From: Bdellovibrionales bacterium
GTDB taxonomy: Bacteria; Bdellovibrionota; Bdellovibrionia; Bdellovibrionales; UBA1609
NCBI GenBank assembly: GCA_965199825.1
Contig: OZ241329.1
Coordinates: 96,001-160,000 of the forward strand
Direction: 5' to 3'
DNA length: 64,000 bases
Position 1 is the first letter of the stretch, and each line of letters starts with the position of its first letter. A model generated the notes under the pieces. That model worked only from the letters and a program-made list of their open reading frames with translations. It was not told the origin of the DNA and did no database searches. Both the position numbers and the translations under genes were made by a program. This document shows, piece after piece, positions 47,740-57,707 of this stretch.

Positions 47740-48615
47740 CTACTCATCAAAATTTTTCCAGCGCCGATGTATCCACATCCATTGTGTTGGATATTTAAGG
47801 ATAAACTGTTCCAGTCGATCCGAATACTTTTGTGTCATTTTTTGTATGGTCTCTTGTTCGGTCGCACTCGTTTCAAACGGAATCTCTGGTCCAAACACAA
47901 CCACATTTCGATTCTGATCATCCACATAGGTATAACAAGTAATAACTGGTGCTTCTGACCTTTGGGCTAGTACCGCTAAACCCATTGCTGTGCCAGTATC
48001 ATGTCCAAAAAATTTGGTTTTGCAGCCAATCGGCTTACCCATGTATTGATCAAGAACAAAGACCACCAGTTTGTTTTTTTTAAGGGCCTTTAAAATTTGG
48101 TAGGCGGTGTTGCGAGGCGGAATAAAAACGGTTCCCAACCGTTCGCGCACATGAAGCAGCATTTGATTAAGCCAACCCACAGACATTTCTTTTGCAACCA
48201 GGTACATCGGGTAGCCCTTTACAGACATCGCACCAATACCTAAATCACCGTTTCCTAAATGCAGGGTTAAAATAAAAACGCCTTTGTTTTTTTGTGAAGC
48301 GATCTCAATATTTTCTAGCCCCTCAAAAATAAATTTTTTATTCACCCGGTCTAAATTTAAAAATGGCATTTCGGCATAACTCAATAGTGAGCGGCCCAAA
48401 AACCGCAAATTCGCGGCACCCATTGCCTCAAGCTCTTGATCTGATTTTTGTGGAAAGGCTTTACGTAAATTCTCGATCACAATTTTTCGACGGATTCGGA
48501 ACACATCCCACCATAAAAATCCGATGGTGGTTCCCACAAAATTTGAAACCCACGGCGGAGAATAAACCAGGATAAAACTAATCCCGCGAAAGAATAAGCC
48601 GATCAATTTCTTCAT
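47740..48615 (-). CDS. Lipid A late acyltransferase (LpxL/HtrB family)
   Basis: HLGNGD, VLDQ, FFG, PTQWMWIHRRWK; follows lpxK. Confidence 0.9.
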   Translation of the reverse strand: MKKLIGLFFRGISFILVYSPPWVSNFVGTTIGFLWWDVFRIRRKIVIENLRKAFPQKSDQELEAMGAANLRFLGRSLLSYAEMPFLNLDRVNKKFIFEGLENIEIASQKNKGVFILTLHLGNGDLGIGAMSVKGYPMYLVAKEMSVGWLNQMLLHVRERLGTVFIPPRNTAYQILKALKKNKLVVFVLDQYMGKPIGCKTKFFGHDTGTAMGLAVLAQRSEAPVITCYTYVDDQNRNVVVFGPEIPFETSATEQETIQKMTQKYSDRLEQFILKYPTQWMWIHRRWKNFDE

Positions 48616-49504
48616 AGAGCTCCGTCATCGCATCTGAAGGATTCAGCCTAATAGGCAACACCGCCCAACGAGAAGAATCAAATTTTAATTTTTGAATTTT
48701 AACTTCGTCTTTTTCGGTTGTGACAAAAAAAGATTCCGATTTTTCGAGCCGATCAATATCGGATTGTTTGTAGCTGTAGTGATCGCTAAATCGCGCAACC
48801 CCCACTAGAGGAAGGTTCAGATTTTTTTCAAACGATTGGGGATTTCCAATCGCACTCACAGCCATCAACTTCTCGAGCTTTAAAAATGGCTTTGAAGATC
48901 CTAAATAGCGCAAGGGCTGACCTTTGGTTTTGCACTCGATAACAGTGCCTTTAAATTTGATCTGCGGACTCAAATTTTGATTGAGCTCGGCGCGAGTCAA
49001 TACCAAAAAATGGGCTCTCTCTAATCCTGCTAAAGATTCACGGCCTAAACCAAACGGAAAGGGCCTCAAATGCCAAAGTGGTTTGGAGGAATCAATCAGC
49101 ACGATATCTAAATTGCGCTTCAAATTTCGATGTTGAAAGGCATCATCGGCAATAATCAATTGGGTTTTGGGATAAGTCGCAATCAAATTTTGTGCAGCCT
49201 CAACACGCCTTGAACCAACATAAACAATAGCATTGGGGTATGTTTTTTTAATCAGTGAGGGCTCATCACCATAGCGAAGGCTATCAGAAGATTGAACTTC
49301 TAAAACGCCGGTTGATTGTCGCTTGTACCCGCGAGAAACAACGCCCACCGCAATATTTTTTATTTTGCAGTACTCAAGTAAGAGCTGCACAAATGGGGTC
49401 TTGCCCGTTCCCCCAAAGGTGAGGTTGCCAACACTGATAACGGGCCGATCCACCGAAATTTGTTTAAGCCAACTGTTGTCGTAAAGCCAGTTTCGCAAAC
49501 TCAT
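48578..49504 (-). CDS. lpxK: Tetraacyldisaccharide 4'-kinase
   Basis: VISVGNLTFGGTGKTP, SRGY, GDEP, DDAFQH, TTEKD. Confidence 0.95.
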   Translation of the reverse strand: MSLRNWLYDNSWLKQISVDRPVISVGNLTFGGTGKTPFVQLLLEYCKIKNIAVGVVSRGYKRQSTGVLEVQSSDSLRYGDEPSLIKKTYPNAIVYVGSRRVEAAQNLIATYPKTQLIIADDAFQHRNLKRNLDIVLIDSSKPLWHLRPFPFGLGRESLAGLERAHFLVLTRAELNQNLSPQIKFKGTVIECKTKGQPLRYLGSSKPFLKLEKLMAVSAIGNPQSFEKNLNLPLVGVARFSDHYSYKQSDIDRLEKSESFFVTTEKDEVKIQKLKFDSSRWAVLPIRLNPSDAMTELYEEIDRLILSRD

Positions 49505-50640
49505 TCAAAATAGGGCTCAAGGATTTTGGCCACACGCTGTGTTGCCCCTTTGTCGCCCAGTTTGTGCTCAGTTTCTTTTAATTCTTCGGCGGTTTTTTTG
49601 CGCACATCGGGATGGATCAAAAAGTTTTCGAGATGGTGGCTCAATGCTTCCACATTGGCCTGATCTTGAAACAGCTCGGGCACCACAAGGCGATTCAAAA
49701 TCAAATTGATCATACCAAAATAGGCCGTAGCCTTAACGAACCGTTTCGCAAAAAAGGCAGTGAAGGCATTCATGTGGTACATGATCACCATTGGTTTTTG
49801 CATCAGGCCCACCATCAAAGTTGCGGTTCCTGAGGCACAGAGAATCACGTCGGTGAGGCAAATCATTTCAAAGGGTTCTGCCTGAATCAGGCGTAAACTA
49901 AAATCGAATGCACCCAGTTGAGCCCGTACCTCTTCAAGATCAAGAGTCGGTGCAACCAACAGTGCGACTCTTAAATTTGGAATTTTTGTACAAAGATTTT
50001 GTGCGACTTTGAGCTGGGTTGCGAGATGATGTTTGATTTCGGATCTTCTCGATCCGGGCATCAGGCCGAGCACCAACTCATCGGGTTTAAAACCATAGCG
50101 CGAGCGCTTTTCGTTTAAATCTTTTTGATTAAAATATTGCGGGCCAATTTCATCAAGCAGTGGATGCCCCACAAACTCGGAAGATACCCCATACTTGTCA
50201 TAAAAAACTTTTTCGAATGGAAATAAAACCAGCATTCGGTCCACCACTTTTTTAATCTGGTGCACCCGCGAGGTGCGCCACGCCCAAACCTGTGGAGAGA
50301 TATAATAGATCACCGGAATGCCGAGCTGTTTTAGTTTTTTTGCCAGTCGTAAATTAAAATCGGGATAATCGAGCAGCAACGCGAATTTTGGTTTTCGCAG
50401 TCGCGCTTGCTCAACCAAACTATGAAAGGTTCTTCGAATCAGCGGAAAATGCTTAATGACTTCTTGCAAGCCCACAACCGCAAGATCTTCTGAACGGCCA
50501 AGACATTCAAAACCCAGGGCTTCCATATCTCGAGTGCCAATACCAAAAGGTTTTATTTTTTTATTTTGCCAGAGCTCAAGAAGTCTTTTTGCATAAAGAC
50601 TGCTCGATGCCTCGGCAGCAACAATTAAGACGGAGTCCAT
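49501..50640 (-). CDS. lpxB: Lipid-A-disaccharide synthase
   Basis: DYPDFN, YISPQVWAWR, FVGHPL, MPGSRRSE, SGTATL. Confidence 0.96.
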   Translation of the reverse strand: MDSVLIVAAEASSSLYAKRLLELWQNKKIKPFGIGTRDMEALGFECLGRSEDLAVVGLQEVIKHFPLIRRTFHSLVEQARLRKPKFALLLDYPDFNLRLAKKLKQLGIPVIYYISPQVWAWRTSRVHQIKKVVDRMLVLFPFEKVFYDKYGVSSEFVGHPLLDEIGPQYFNQKDLNEKRSRYGFKPDELVLGLMPGSRRSEIKHHLATQLKVAQNLCTKIPNLRVALLVAPTLDLEEVRAQLGAFDFSLRLIQAEPFEMICLTDVILCASGTATLMVGLMQKPMVIMYHMNAFTAFFAKRFVKATAYFGMINLILNRLVVPELFQDQANVEALSHHLENFLIHPDVRKKTAEELKETEHKLGDKGATQRVAKILEPYFE

Positions 50641-51578
50641 GTCTTTAGCCTGCGAGCGATATCTTGGTTGATTGTTTCGGCAAGGCGCAAGGCCACAAGC
50701 CCATCTTCACCCGTGACCACACACTCTTTGTTGTTGAGGACCGCATCGACAAAGGATTTTGTTTCGGCTAGCAGCGCATCGCCTTTTTCAAGGTTCCAGC
50801 TTTCGGCTTCAAGAGGCAATTCGCCATCTTTCCAATCGCCGTTTTTTGTAAGCAAATTGACTTCGCTCGTTCCAAAATCGATTGAGAGATATTGTGAGTC
50901 TTGAAACACCCTAAATTTTCTTTGCGACTTTTGTGACACTCTTGAGGCTGTGACGTTGGCCACTGTGCCCGATTCAAATTCGATCCGGGCATTGGCCATA
51001 TCGGTTGTTTTGGTGAGCACGGGTGTCCCAACCGCAGAGACTGAGGTCGGCGTGCTGCGCACAAGCGAAAGTATCACATCCAAATCATGAATCATCAAAT
51101 CAAGCACCACGTCCACATCCACACTGCGGGGTTTAAATGGAGCCAGCCGATGGCATTCAATAAATAGGGGCCGTCTGAGCTTTTCTTTTGCAGCAACCAA
51201 CGCAGGATTAAATCGCTCGACATGTCCTACTTGTAAACGTAAATTGTTTTGTCTCGCAAGACTCACCAGCTTTTCGCCCTGAGCACTTGTGGAGGTCAGC
51301 GGTTTTTCGACATGGACGTGAATGCCATTGTTCAAAAAACTTAAAGCGAGTTCGTAATGAGCGGGGGTACTTGCCGCAATCGTTACCGCATCCACTTTGC
51401 CAATCAGATCCAAATGATTTTTAAAAAATGAAACTTGAAGATCATCGGCGATAGTTTTTGATTCGGGATTAAGATCGCAAACCCCGATCAGCTCAACCTC
51501 GTCGATCGCCTTGTATTTTTGGGCATGAAATTTTCCGAGGTGACCAACTCCGACTACCGCGCACCTCAATTTTTTCAT
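50625..51578 (-). CDS. Gfo/Idh/MocA oxidoreductase, probable UDP-GlcNAc 3-dehydrogenase (GnnA-like)
   Basis: VVGVGHLG, VEKP, GHVERFNP, DLMIHDLD, TASRVS; located between lpxA and lpxB. Confidence 0.8.
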   Translation of the reverse strand: MKKLRCAVVGVGHLGKFHAQKYKAIDEVELIGVCDLNPESKTIADDLQVSFFKNHLDLIGKVDAVTIAASTPAHYELALSFLNNGIHVHVEKPLTSTSAQGEKLVSLARQNNLRLQVGHVERFNPALVAAKEKLRRPLFIECHRLAPFKPRSVDVDVVLDLMIHDLDVILSLVRSTPTSVSAVGTPVLTKTTDMANARIEFESGTVANVTASRVSQKSQRKFRVFQDSQYLSIDFGTSEVNLLTKNGDWKDGELPLEAESWNLEKGDALLAETKSFVDAVLNNKECVVTGEDGLVALRLAETINQDIARRLKTWTPS

Positions 51579-52357
51579 TAGCGTGCAATTCCTCGTTCAG
51601 AGGTGCGAACAAAATCTTTGAGATATTCAATGTGAGGATTTGTGGGACAGTCGTCTTCGATAATGGTCATGGCTTCGTCAATGGTTCTGTTTCCCATGAT
51701 TAAAGCTCTGAGGGCGCGGTGAATGCCTTCGATTTCTTTTTCGCTTAAGCCCGCTCGCTCTAAACCAATTTTATTTGTAGCACGAGCCGTGGCATAACTA
51801 CCTTGAGCCATCGAGTATGGCAAAATATCTTTATTGATCGCACTCTCGCCCGCCACGTAAGCGTAGCGCCCCACACGGACAAATTGATTAAAGCTACACG
51901 CCCCACCGATCCGAACATAGTCATCCACATGGACATGGCCCGCAAAGTTGGTGGTGTTGGCCACAGCAATATGATTGCCGATGTGACAATCATGCGCCAC
52001 ATGAACGTAAGCCATAAGCAGATTATTAGAACCCACAACCGTTTCGCCGCCACCTGTGGCGGTCCCTAAATTTAAGGTGACAAATTCGCGAATCAAATTG
52101 TTATCGCCAATTTTGAGTTTTGTGGGCTCGCCGTTGTATTTTAAATCTTGCGGAGGGCCGCCGATCACAGCGCCCGAAAAAAATTGGTTGTTTTCGCCAA
52201 TTGTCACTCGGCCGGCGGGACTTCCAATAACCACATGCGATTTGATCCGAGTCCCTTTGCCGATTTGGACAGCCCCTTCGATCACACAATAGGGACCAAT
52301 CTCAACACCGGTATCAATCTCTACACCCTTATCGATAATAGCCGTCGGATGAATCAT
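51578..52357 (-). CDS. lpxA: Acyl-ACP:UDP-N-acetylglucosamine O-acyltransferase
   Basis: IHPTAII hexapeptide repeats, PQDLKY, HVAHDC, GLERAG. Confidence 0.96.
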   Translation of the reverse strand: MIHPTAIIDKGVEIDTGVEIGPYCVIEGAVQIGKGTRIKSHVVIGSPAGRVTIGENNQFFSGAVIGGPPQDLKYNGEPTKLKIGDNNLIREFVTLNLGTATGGGETVVGSNNLLMAYVHVAHDCHIGNHIAVANTTNFAGHVHVDDYVRIGGACSFNQFVRVGRYAYVAGESAINKDILPYSMAQGSYATARATNKIGLERAGLSEKEIEGIHRALRALIMGNRTIDEAMTIIEDDCPTNPHIEYLKDFVRTSERGIAR

Positions 52358-52830
52358 CGCGCCACCTTCTTCGAAAAAAAAGCCACAATTTCTGCTTCGG
52401 CCACAATCTCATTGTCCACACGACAGTGCACATCAACAACAATCAAATTTCCGCGATCTTTGGTGACCACAGCATCAATCAGCAGGGTATCTCCAGGAAC
52501 AACCGGTTTACGAAATTTTGCAGATCGGATATTGCCGATTGCAATATTGTGTTCAGCATCACTTTTTTTAAAATAAGCAAGCGCCCCAGCTTGGGCCATC
52601 GCTTCGACAATAAGAACTCCGGGCATTACAGGATTTTCGGGAAAATGCCCGCTAAAAAACGGCTCATTGAAACTGACATTTTTTAGGGCCTGTACTTTTC
52701 GTCCTACCCGATTTTTTTCTGAAGTCCCCTCTTCGATCGAGAGCACTCGATCGACCAATAAAAAGGGGTAGCGATGAGGAAGGATTGCTAAAATGTCTTG
52801 GGCGTTTAAACCCGATTCATCAATCTTCAT
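52354..52830 (-). CDS. fabZ: 3-hydroxyacyl-ACP dehydratase
   Basis: LPHRYPFLLVDRV, FFSGHFP..PVMPGVLIVEAMAQ, FRKPVVPGD. Confidence 0.97.
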   Translation of the reverse strand: MKIDESGLNAQDILAILPHRYPFLLVDRVLSIEEGTSEKNRVGRKVQALKNVSFNEPFFSGHFPENPVMPGVLIVEAMAQAGALAYFKKSDAEHNIAIGNIRSAKFRKPVVPGDTLLIDAVVTKDRGNLIVVDVHCRVDNEIVAEAEIVAFFSKKVAR

Positions 52831-53336
52831 TATTTTTTAGCGGTTTTCTCATATTCTTTTAAAACACGCTCGGTCAGATCAATGTCTTTATCCATCCACA
52901 TCACACTTTGTTCGGTGCGCTCAAGTACCACGGTGAACTTTTCTTTTTTGGCAATCTCATCGACCTGGGCGCGAAGTTTTTCGACAATCGGCAAAGTCAA
53001 ATCACGCTCACGTTTTTGGATCTCTTGTTGGCTTTTGCCCACAAGCTCACGGTACTTCATCATCTCGGCTTGCAGTTCTTGTTGGCGATGAGCTTTAACT
53101 TCATCTGTTAACACCAAACTCTTTTTTTCGAGATCTTCGCTGATCTTTTTAAGATCTACTTCTTTTTTCTCGAGCTCTTTTTTCTTTTTGTTGAATTCAG
53201 CCTCAAGCTCAGCTTTGGCTTTTTTGCCATTTGAACTTTGCTGAATGGCCTTTTGCAAATCGATCACACCAATTTTGACTTCGGCAAAACAAGTTGAACT
53301 CATCAACAGTGCGGTTAGTAATAAGTTTCGCTTCAT
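52830..53336 (-). CDS. skp: Periplasmic chaperone Skp/OmpH
   Basis: Signal peptide, KIGVIDLQ, coiled coil, DLTERV; AAGGAG before ATG 53336; directly after bamA. Confidence 0.9.
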   Translation of the reverse strand: MKRNLLLTALLMSSTCFAEVKIGVIDLQKAIQQSSNGKKAKAELEAEFNKKKKELEKKEVDLKKISEDLEKKSLVLTDEVKAHRQQELQAEMMKYRELVGKSQQEIQKRERDLTLPIVEKLRAQVDEIAKKEKFTVVLERTEQSVMWMDKDIDLTERVLKEYEKTAKK

Positions 53337-53382
53337 GATTTTCTCCTTAAAATGATTCCAAACAGAATCAGTTAAACATAAC

Positions 53383-55731
53383 TTAAAACGAAGGACCAAT
53401 GGCAAATTGGAAATTCACCGGACCCTCATTAAATTCGGGTCGACGGTTTAAAGGAAAGCCCCACTCAAATCGCAAAGGCCCAATGGGTGAAAACCAACGA
53501 AATCCAAAACCGATATCACTTCTTAAATCATTATAAATAATGGTGTCTTCGGCGGTGCCCACATCATAAAAGACCACACCCTGGATATTGGCCTCTTCAA
53601 TCAGCGGAAACTGAAATTCGAGATTGTAAAATAACTGCTGCTCACCACCAAAGGGACGAAATGCCGCATAGTAGGCTTGATTGAAATTTCCGGTGGCTTG
53701 TACCGTGCGCTCATAGGCGGTTTGCGAAAATTTGCGCCGACCCACCGTAAACCAATCAAACCCTCTCAAAGAGTTTGCTCCACCTAACAAAAACAATTCG
53801 TTAAATGGGGGATCACGATCGGCATCGTTGGAATGAATAAACGCGTAAGATAAATTATTACGCCAAACCACTTTCCAAAAAAGCTCTTTGTAGTAGCGCG
53901 AAAAAATTAAACCCTTGGTGTAGCGCTTATCTCCGCCCACTCCCGCAAACTCGAGTGAAGTGCTCGAATACAAACCTTTTGTGGGAGCAAAACGATCGTT
54001 TCGTTTGTCATATTCAAGAGAGAAAGTGACTGAACTTGTGATCCCGTTTGCGGTGTCTACCGGAAAGATGGTGGCGTCACCATCAGGGCTGAGAGTTAAA
54101 TTTGTATTATCGAGTTTGTAGCGAATAAACCCATCAAGATAAGGCGCAAGGGGATGCCCTACTCGAATCGCTCCACCCGTCTTGACCTCGCGGTAATCGA
54201 GCAGCTGACGTTGGGATTGATAGGCATCAAATCCGAGCGACCATCGGGTATCGAGAAAATAAGGCTCGGTAAATGACAATCGAAACAGCGACTGCACTTT
54301 ACTAAAATCAATCGAGGCCGAAAGGTTTTGTCCTTTACCAAACAAATTGCTTTGGGTGACTTGGCCATTAAAAATGAGCCCATAAAAGCTTGAGTAGCCT
54401 GCACCAATTTGGAGAGTTCCGGTATTGCGCTCTTTGACCACGATATCGAGATCGACTTTATTGGCATCGTTTTTTTGAATCTTTTGATTAAAATTAACAT
54501 CCTCAAAAAAGCCAAGTCGCTTGATAAACGCGAGCGACTCGCGTTTTCGAGTTTCGTTGTAAAGCTCGCCCTCGCGCAGGCGCATTTCACGCCGGACCAC
54601 TTTGTCGCGAGTTTTGGTGTTGCCAATCACATTGATTTTACCAATGTAGACTTTGTTGCCCTTATCAAAATCAAAACTGATATCGACAAGTTTTTCTTTA
54701 TCCCGAATTTGGGTGCGCGGAATCACGTTGGCAAAGGCGTAACCTAAATCTCCATATTTGGCAGTTAAGGTCTGCAAGTCCTTTTGCAGAGTTTCATATA
54801 CAAATAAATCGTTCTCTTTCATTTGGGTCGAATCACTCAGCTCGCTTTTTGCAAAAAGCAGATCGCCGGTAAAATCCACATTGCCCACATGAAACTGTTC
54901 GCCCTCTTCAATTCGAATGGTGATGTAAATGCTTTTTTTATCAGGTGTGACATAAACCTGAGGACGATCAACCTTGGCTTTGATGTACCCCTCGTTAAAA
55001 TACAAAAACTGCATCACCTGAACATCATGATCAAATGCTTCTTGTTTATAAGCACCAGAGCCAGAGATAAAACTAAAAACATTGCCCTCTTTGGTGACCA
55101 TCGCTGCTTTTAATTTTGAAGCAGAAAGGTGATCATTATTCAGAAAAGTAATTTTTTTGACTTGGACCTTTTCGTTTTCGTAGATTTTAAATCGAATACG
55201 GACTGAATCGGGTTGATCAAGCCGCTCTACCGCATAATCGACACGAGCCAAAAAATAGCCCTTGTCTTCGTAGAGCTTTTCCATTTTTTCGACCGCTTCG
55301 CGAACCTTGGACACATCAAGAATTTCGTAAGCCTTGATGGCAGCAGCTTCGCGCAGATCGTCGTCTTTGATTTCGTCGTTACCATCGTACACAATTTCGC
55401 CCACTGATGGTTTCTCGATCACTTTGTAGGTCAGGATGACGCCACCATTTTCGCCCGGCGATTTGTCGACCAAAATGTCATAAAAATAACCTAACCGAAA
55501 AATATCTTCGACATCTTTGCGGATAGTGGTGGTGTCGAGATGCTCTTTGGCTTTTGAGGTGATTTTTGCGGTGACCGCATCGGTTTCAATTTTTTTATTT
55601 CCGGCGACAACAATTTTTTCGATAACTTCGGTTGTTCCGCCAATCACGTGCTTTAATTGGGGAGCTTGGGCGTTTACAAACCCAGAAAAAAACAAAAAAT
55701 GTGGCAACAAAAGGGCAAAGAACGCTCGCAA
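53383..55731 (-). CDS. bamA: Outer membrane protein assembly factor BamA
   Basis: POTRA repeats, GNTKTRDKVVRRE, LRGF, SPIGPLRFEWG, C-terminal Phe. Confidence 0.96.
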   Translation of the reverse strand: MRAFFALLLPHFLFFSGFVNAQAPQLKHVIGGTTEVIEKIVVAGNKKIETDAVTAKITSKAKEHLDTTTIRKDVEDIFRLGYFYDILVDKSPGENGGVILTYKVIEKPSVGEIVYDGNDEIKDDDLREAAAIKAYEILDVSKVREAVEKMEKLYEDKGYFLARVDYAVERLDQPDSVRIRFKIYENEKVQVKKITFLNNDHLSASKLKAAMVTKEGNVFSFISGSGAYKQEAFDHDVQVMQFLYFNEGYIKAKVDRPQVYVTPDKKSIYITIRIEEGEQFHVGNVDFTGDLLFAKSELSDSTQMKENDLFVYETLQKDLQTLTAKYGDLGYAFANVIPRTQIRDKEKLVDISFDFDKGNKVYIGKINVIGNTKTRDKVVRREMRLREGELYNETRKRESLAFIKRLGFFEDVNFNQKIQKNDANKVDLDIVVKERNTGTLQIGAGYSSFYGLIFNGQVTQSNLFGKGQNLSASIDFSKVQSLFRLSFTEPYFLDTRWSLGFDAYQSQRQLLDYREVKTGGAIRVGHPLAPYLDGFIRYKLDNTNLTLSPDGDATIFPVDTANGITSSVTFSLEYDKRNDRFAPTKGLYSSTSLEFAGVGGDKRYTKGLIFSRYYKELFWKVVWRNNLSYAFIHSNDADRDPPFNELFLLGGANSLRGFDWFTVGRRKFSQTAYERTVQATGNFNQAYYAAFRPFGGEQQLFYNLEFQFPLIEEANIQGVVFYDVGTAEDTIIYNDLRSDIGFGFRWFSPIGPLRFEWGFPLNRRPEFNEGPVNFQFAIGPSF

Positions 55732-55810
55732 AGAAGAAATTCCTCAGTGTTTTTAGGTACTTATATTAAAATGGGGGCCAGGTTATCTTGGATTCTCGAA
55801 GATGTCAAAA

Positions 55811-56503
55811 TCATTGGAAGTGATCGACCCAGTGACCGTCTGCCATTTTTAACACTCTTGGAAATCGATTGGCGAATCTCACATCATGAGTGACCACAAT
55901 CAATGTGAGGCCCAAATTATTTTTAAGTTCAAAAAACAGATCCTGAATCAATCGCGAATTTTCGGTATCCAGATTTCCGGTGGGCTCATCGGCGAGTAAA
56001 ATTTCGGGCTCGCACATCAAAGATCGCGCAATCGCAACTCGTTGGCCTTCGCCCCCAGAGAGCTCGGTAGGAAAATGATTTTTTCGCGCGCTCAGTCCTA
56101 ATAGAGATAATAATTTCTCGGCACGCGATCGACAATTTTTGATATTTGTTCCGGCGATTCGACCAGGGAGCATGATATTTTCTAACGCAGTCAATTCATG
56201 GAGCAGATGATGAAATTGAAAAACAAATCCCAGTTTTTGCGATCTAAATTTTGCAACCTCAGAATCTGATTTTTTAAAAAGATCTTCGCCCTTATAAAAA
56301 ACACTTCCCTTAGTTGGCGTATCGAGGGTTCCCAAAATTTGCAAAAAAGTACTTTTGCCCGCTCCACTTGCGCCAACGATGCAAAGGGCCTCACCTCGAT
56401 GAACTTCGAGATCAAGTCCCTGAAGGATCGAGAGTCTTTTACCGGCTCCTTGGGGGTAATATTTTTCGATCTGTTCGGCACACAGCAGTCCGCCTCTATT
56501 CAT
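55811..56503 (-). CDS. lolD: Lipoprotein-releasing ABC ATPase LolD
   Basis: GASGAGKST, GFVFQFHHLL, LSGGEGQRVAIAR, ADEPTGNLD. Confidence 0.9.
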   Translation of the reverse strand: MNRGGLLCAEQIEKYYPQGAGKRLSILQGLDLEVHRGEALCIVGASGAGKSTFLQILGTLDTPTKGSVFYKGEDLFKKSDSEVAKFRSQKLGFVFQFHHLLHELTALENIMLPGRIAGTNIKNCRSRAEKLLSLLGLSARKNHFPTELSGGEGQRVAIARSLMCEPEILLADEPTGNLDTENSRLIQDLFFELKNNLGLTLIVVTHDVRFANRFPRVLKMADGHWVDHFQ

Positions 56504-57707
56504 AACGCAAACCTTCTACGGGCGATAACCTTGCGCCACGTCGGGCGGGAGCCCATGAAAAAATAAAACAAATAATAAGACAGGTTAAAACGATCAGCAA
56601 AAAATCAAGCGGTCGAAATTCCACATCGATTTGATCGAGTTTATAAACTTCAGAAGGAATCAGATGAAAATGCTTTTGACCCCACATAAAAAGCTCGCAC
56701 AAAAATAGTCCAAGCAAAATTCCAAGCAGTGATCCAACAGCGGCAAGGCCCAAACCTTGAACCAAAAAAATTCGGGCAATATGGTTTTTTGAAGCCCCCA
56801 AAGTTTTCAGCACACTGATATCTTGATAGCGACGAATCACTCCCACAAATAATGTCGATGACACATTAAATGCCGCAGCCACGATCAGCACGAGGAGCAC
56901 AAAAAAGATCACCAACTTTTCGAGACTCGCGGCCTCAAAAAGATTGTGATTCACGTCGTGCCAATCTCTGGTGATGTATTGGTAACTGAATCGATTGGTA
57001 ATCTGTTGCACCGCTCGCTCCGAATCTTCGGCTCTTTTGAGTCTCATTCGGAAGCCCGAAACTTTTTGGCCCACTTGGGCTAATTGTTGAGCACTGGTCA
57101 GATCGGTCAAAATATATCGCGCATCAAAATCTTGGCGGCCCAAATTTAAAATTCCACGTATTAGAAATTCGGCCACTCGGGGTTTAAAAGTTCCGGCTTC
57201 ATAATCCGAGTTGATGGGCAACACCACTTTGAATCGATCGCCAATTTTAAGATTATATTTTTGAGCTAAGCCTTTGCCGATCACCGCCGATTGCGGCACC
57301 GAAAAATCGACATCCCCCCCAATTAATCGATCCTTTATGTTGAGCACATTATGAATGGTCAAAGGGTCAATCCCTTCGATCACCACTCCCGACAACTGAC
57401 CGCCGTGAGCTACGATCGCTTCAAGATATAAAAACGGAGTCGCTGCAACAAGATCGGGTAGGATCGGTTTCAGGTCTTTATCAAAATCTTGAATGGTGAG
57501 ACTTGTTCCGCGCTTCATCACCAACACGTGGCCGACAATGTCCACCACCGTGCGCTGAAGGGTGGACTGATACCCTGACACCACCGCCATCGCCACAACA
57601 AGCGAGGCAACCCCAATCACCAATCCAAGGAGACTAAGAGTCGCTGTGGTTCCCATCGCTCCGCTTCGGAATCCCAGCCAGCGCCGACCAATCCAAAGCT
57701 CCCACAT
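56496..57707 (-). CDS. Lipoprotein-releasing ABC permease (LolC/E family)
   Basis: GLVIGVASLVVAMAV, AAFNV, LKTLGAS, PARR..LSPVEGLRYE; upstream of lolD. Confidence 0.9.
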   Translation of the reverse strand: MWELWIGRRWLGFRSGAMGTTATLSLLGLVIGVASLVVAMAVVSGYQSTLQRTVVDIVGHVLVMKRGTSLTIQDFDKDLKPILPDLVAATPFLYLEAIVAHGGQLSGVVIEGIDPLTIHNVLNIKDRLIGGDVDFSVPQSAVIGKGLAQKYNLKIGDRFKVVLPINSDYEAGTFKPRVAEFLIRGILNLGRQDFDARYILTDLTSAQQLAQVGQKVSGFRMRLKRAEDSERAVQQITNRFSYQYITRDWHDVNHNLFEAASLEKLVIFFVLLVLIVAAAFNVSSTLFVGVIRRYQDISVLKTLGASKNHIARIFLVQGLGLAAVGSLLGILLGLFLCELFMWGQKHFHLIPSEVYKLDQIDVEFRPLDFLLIVLTCLIICFIFSWAPARRGARLSPVEGLRYE

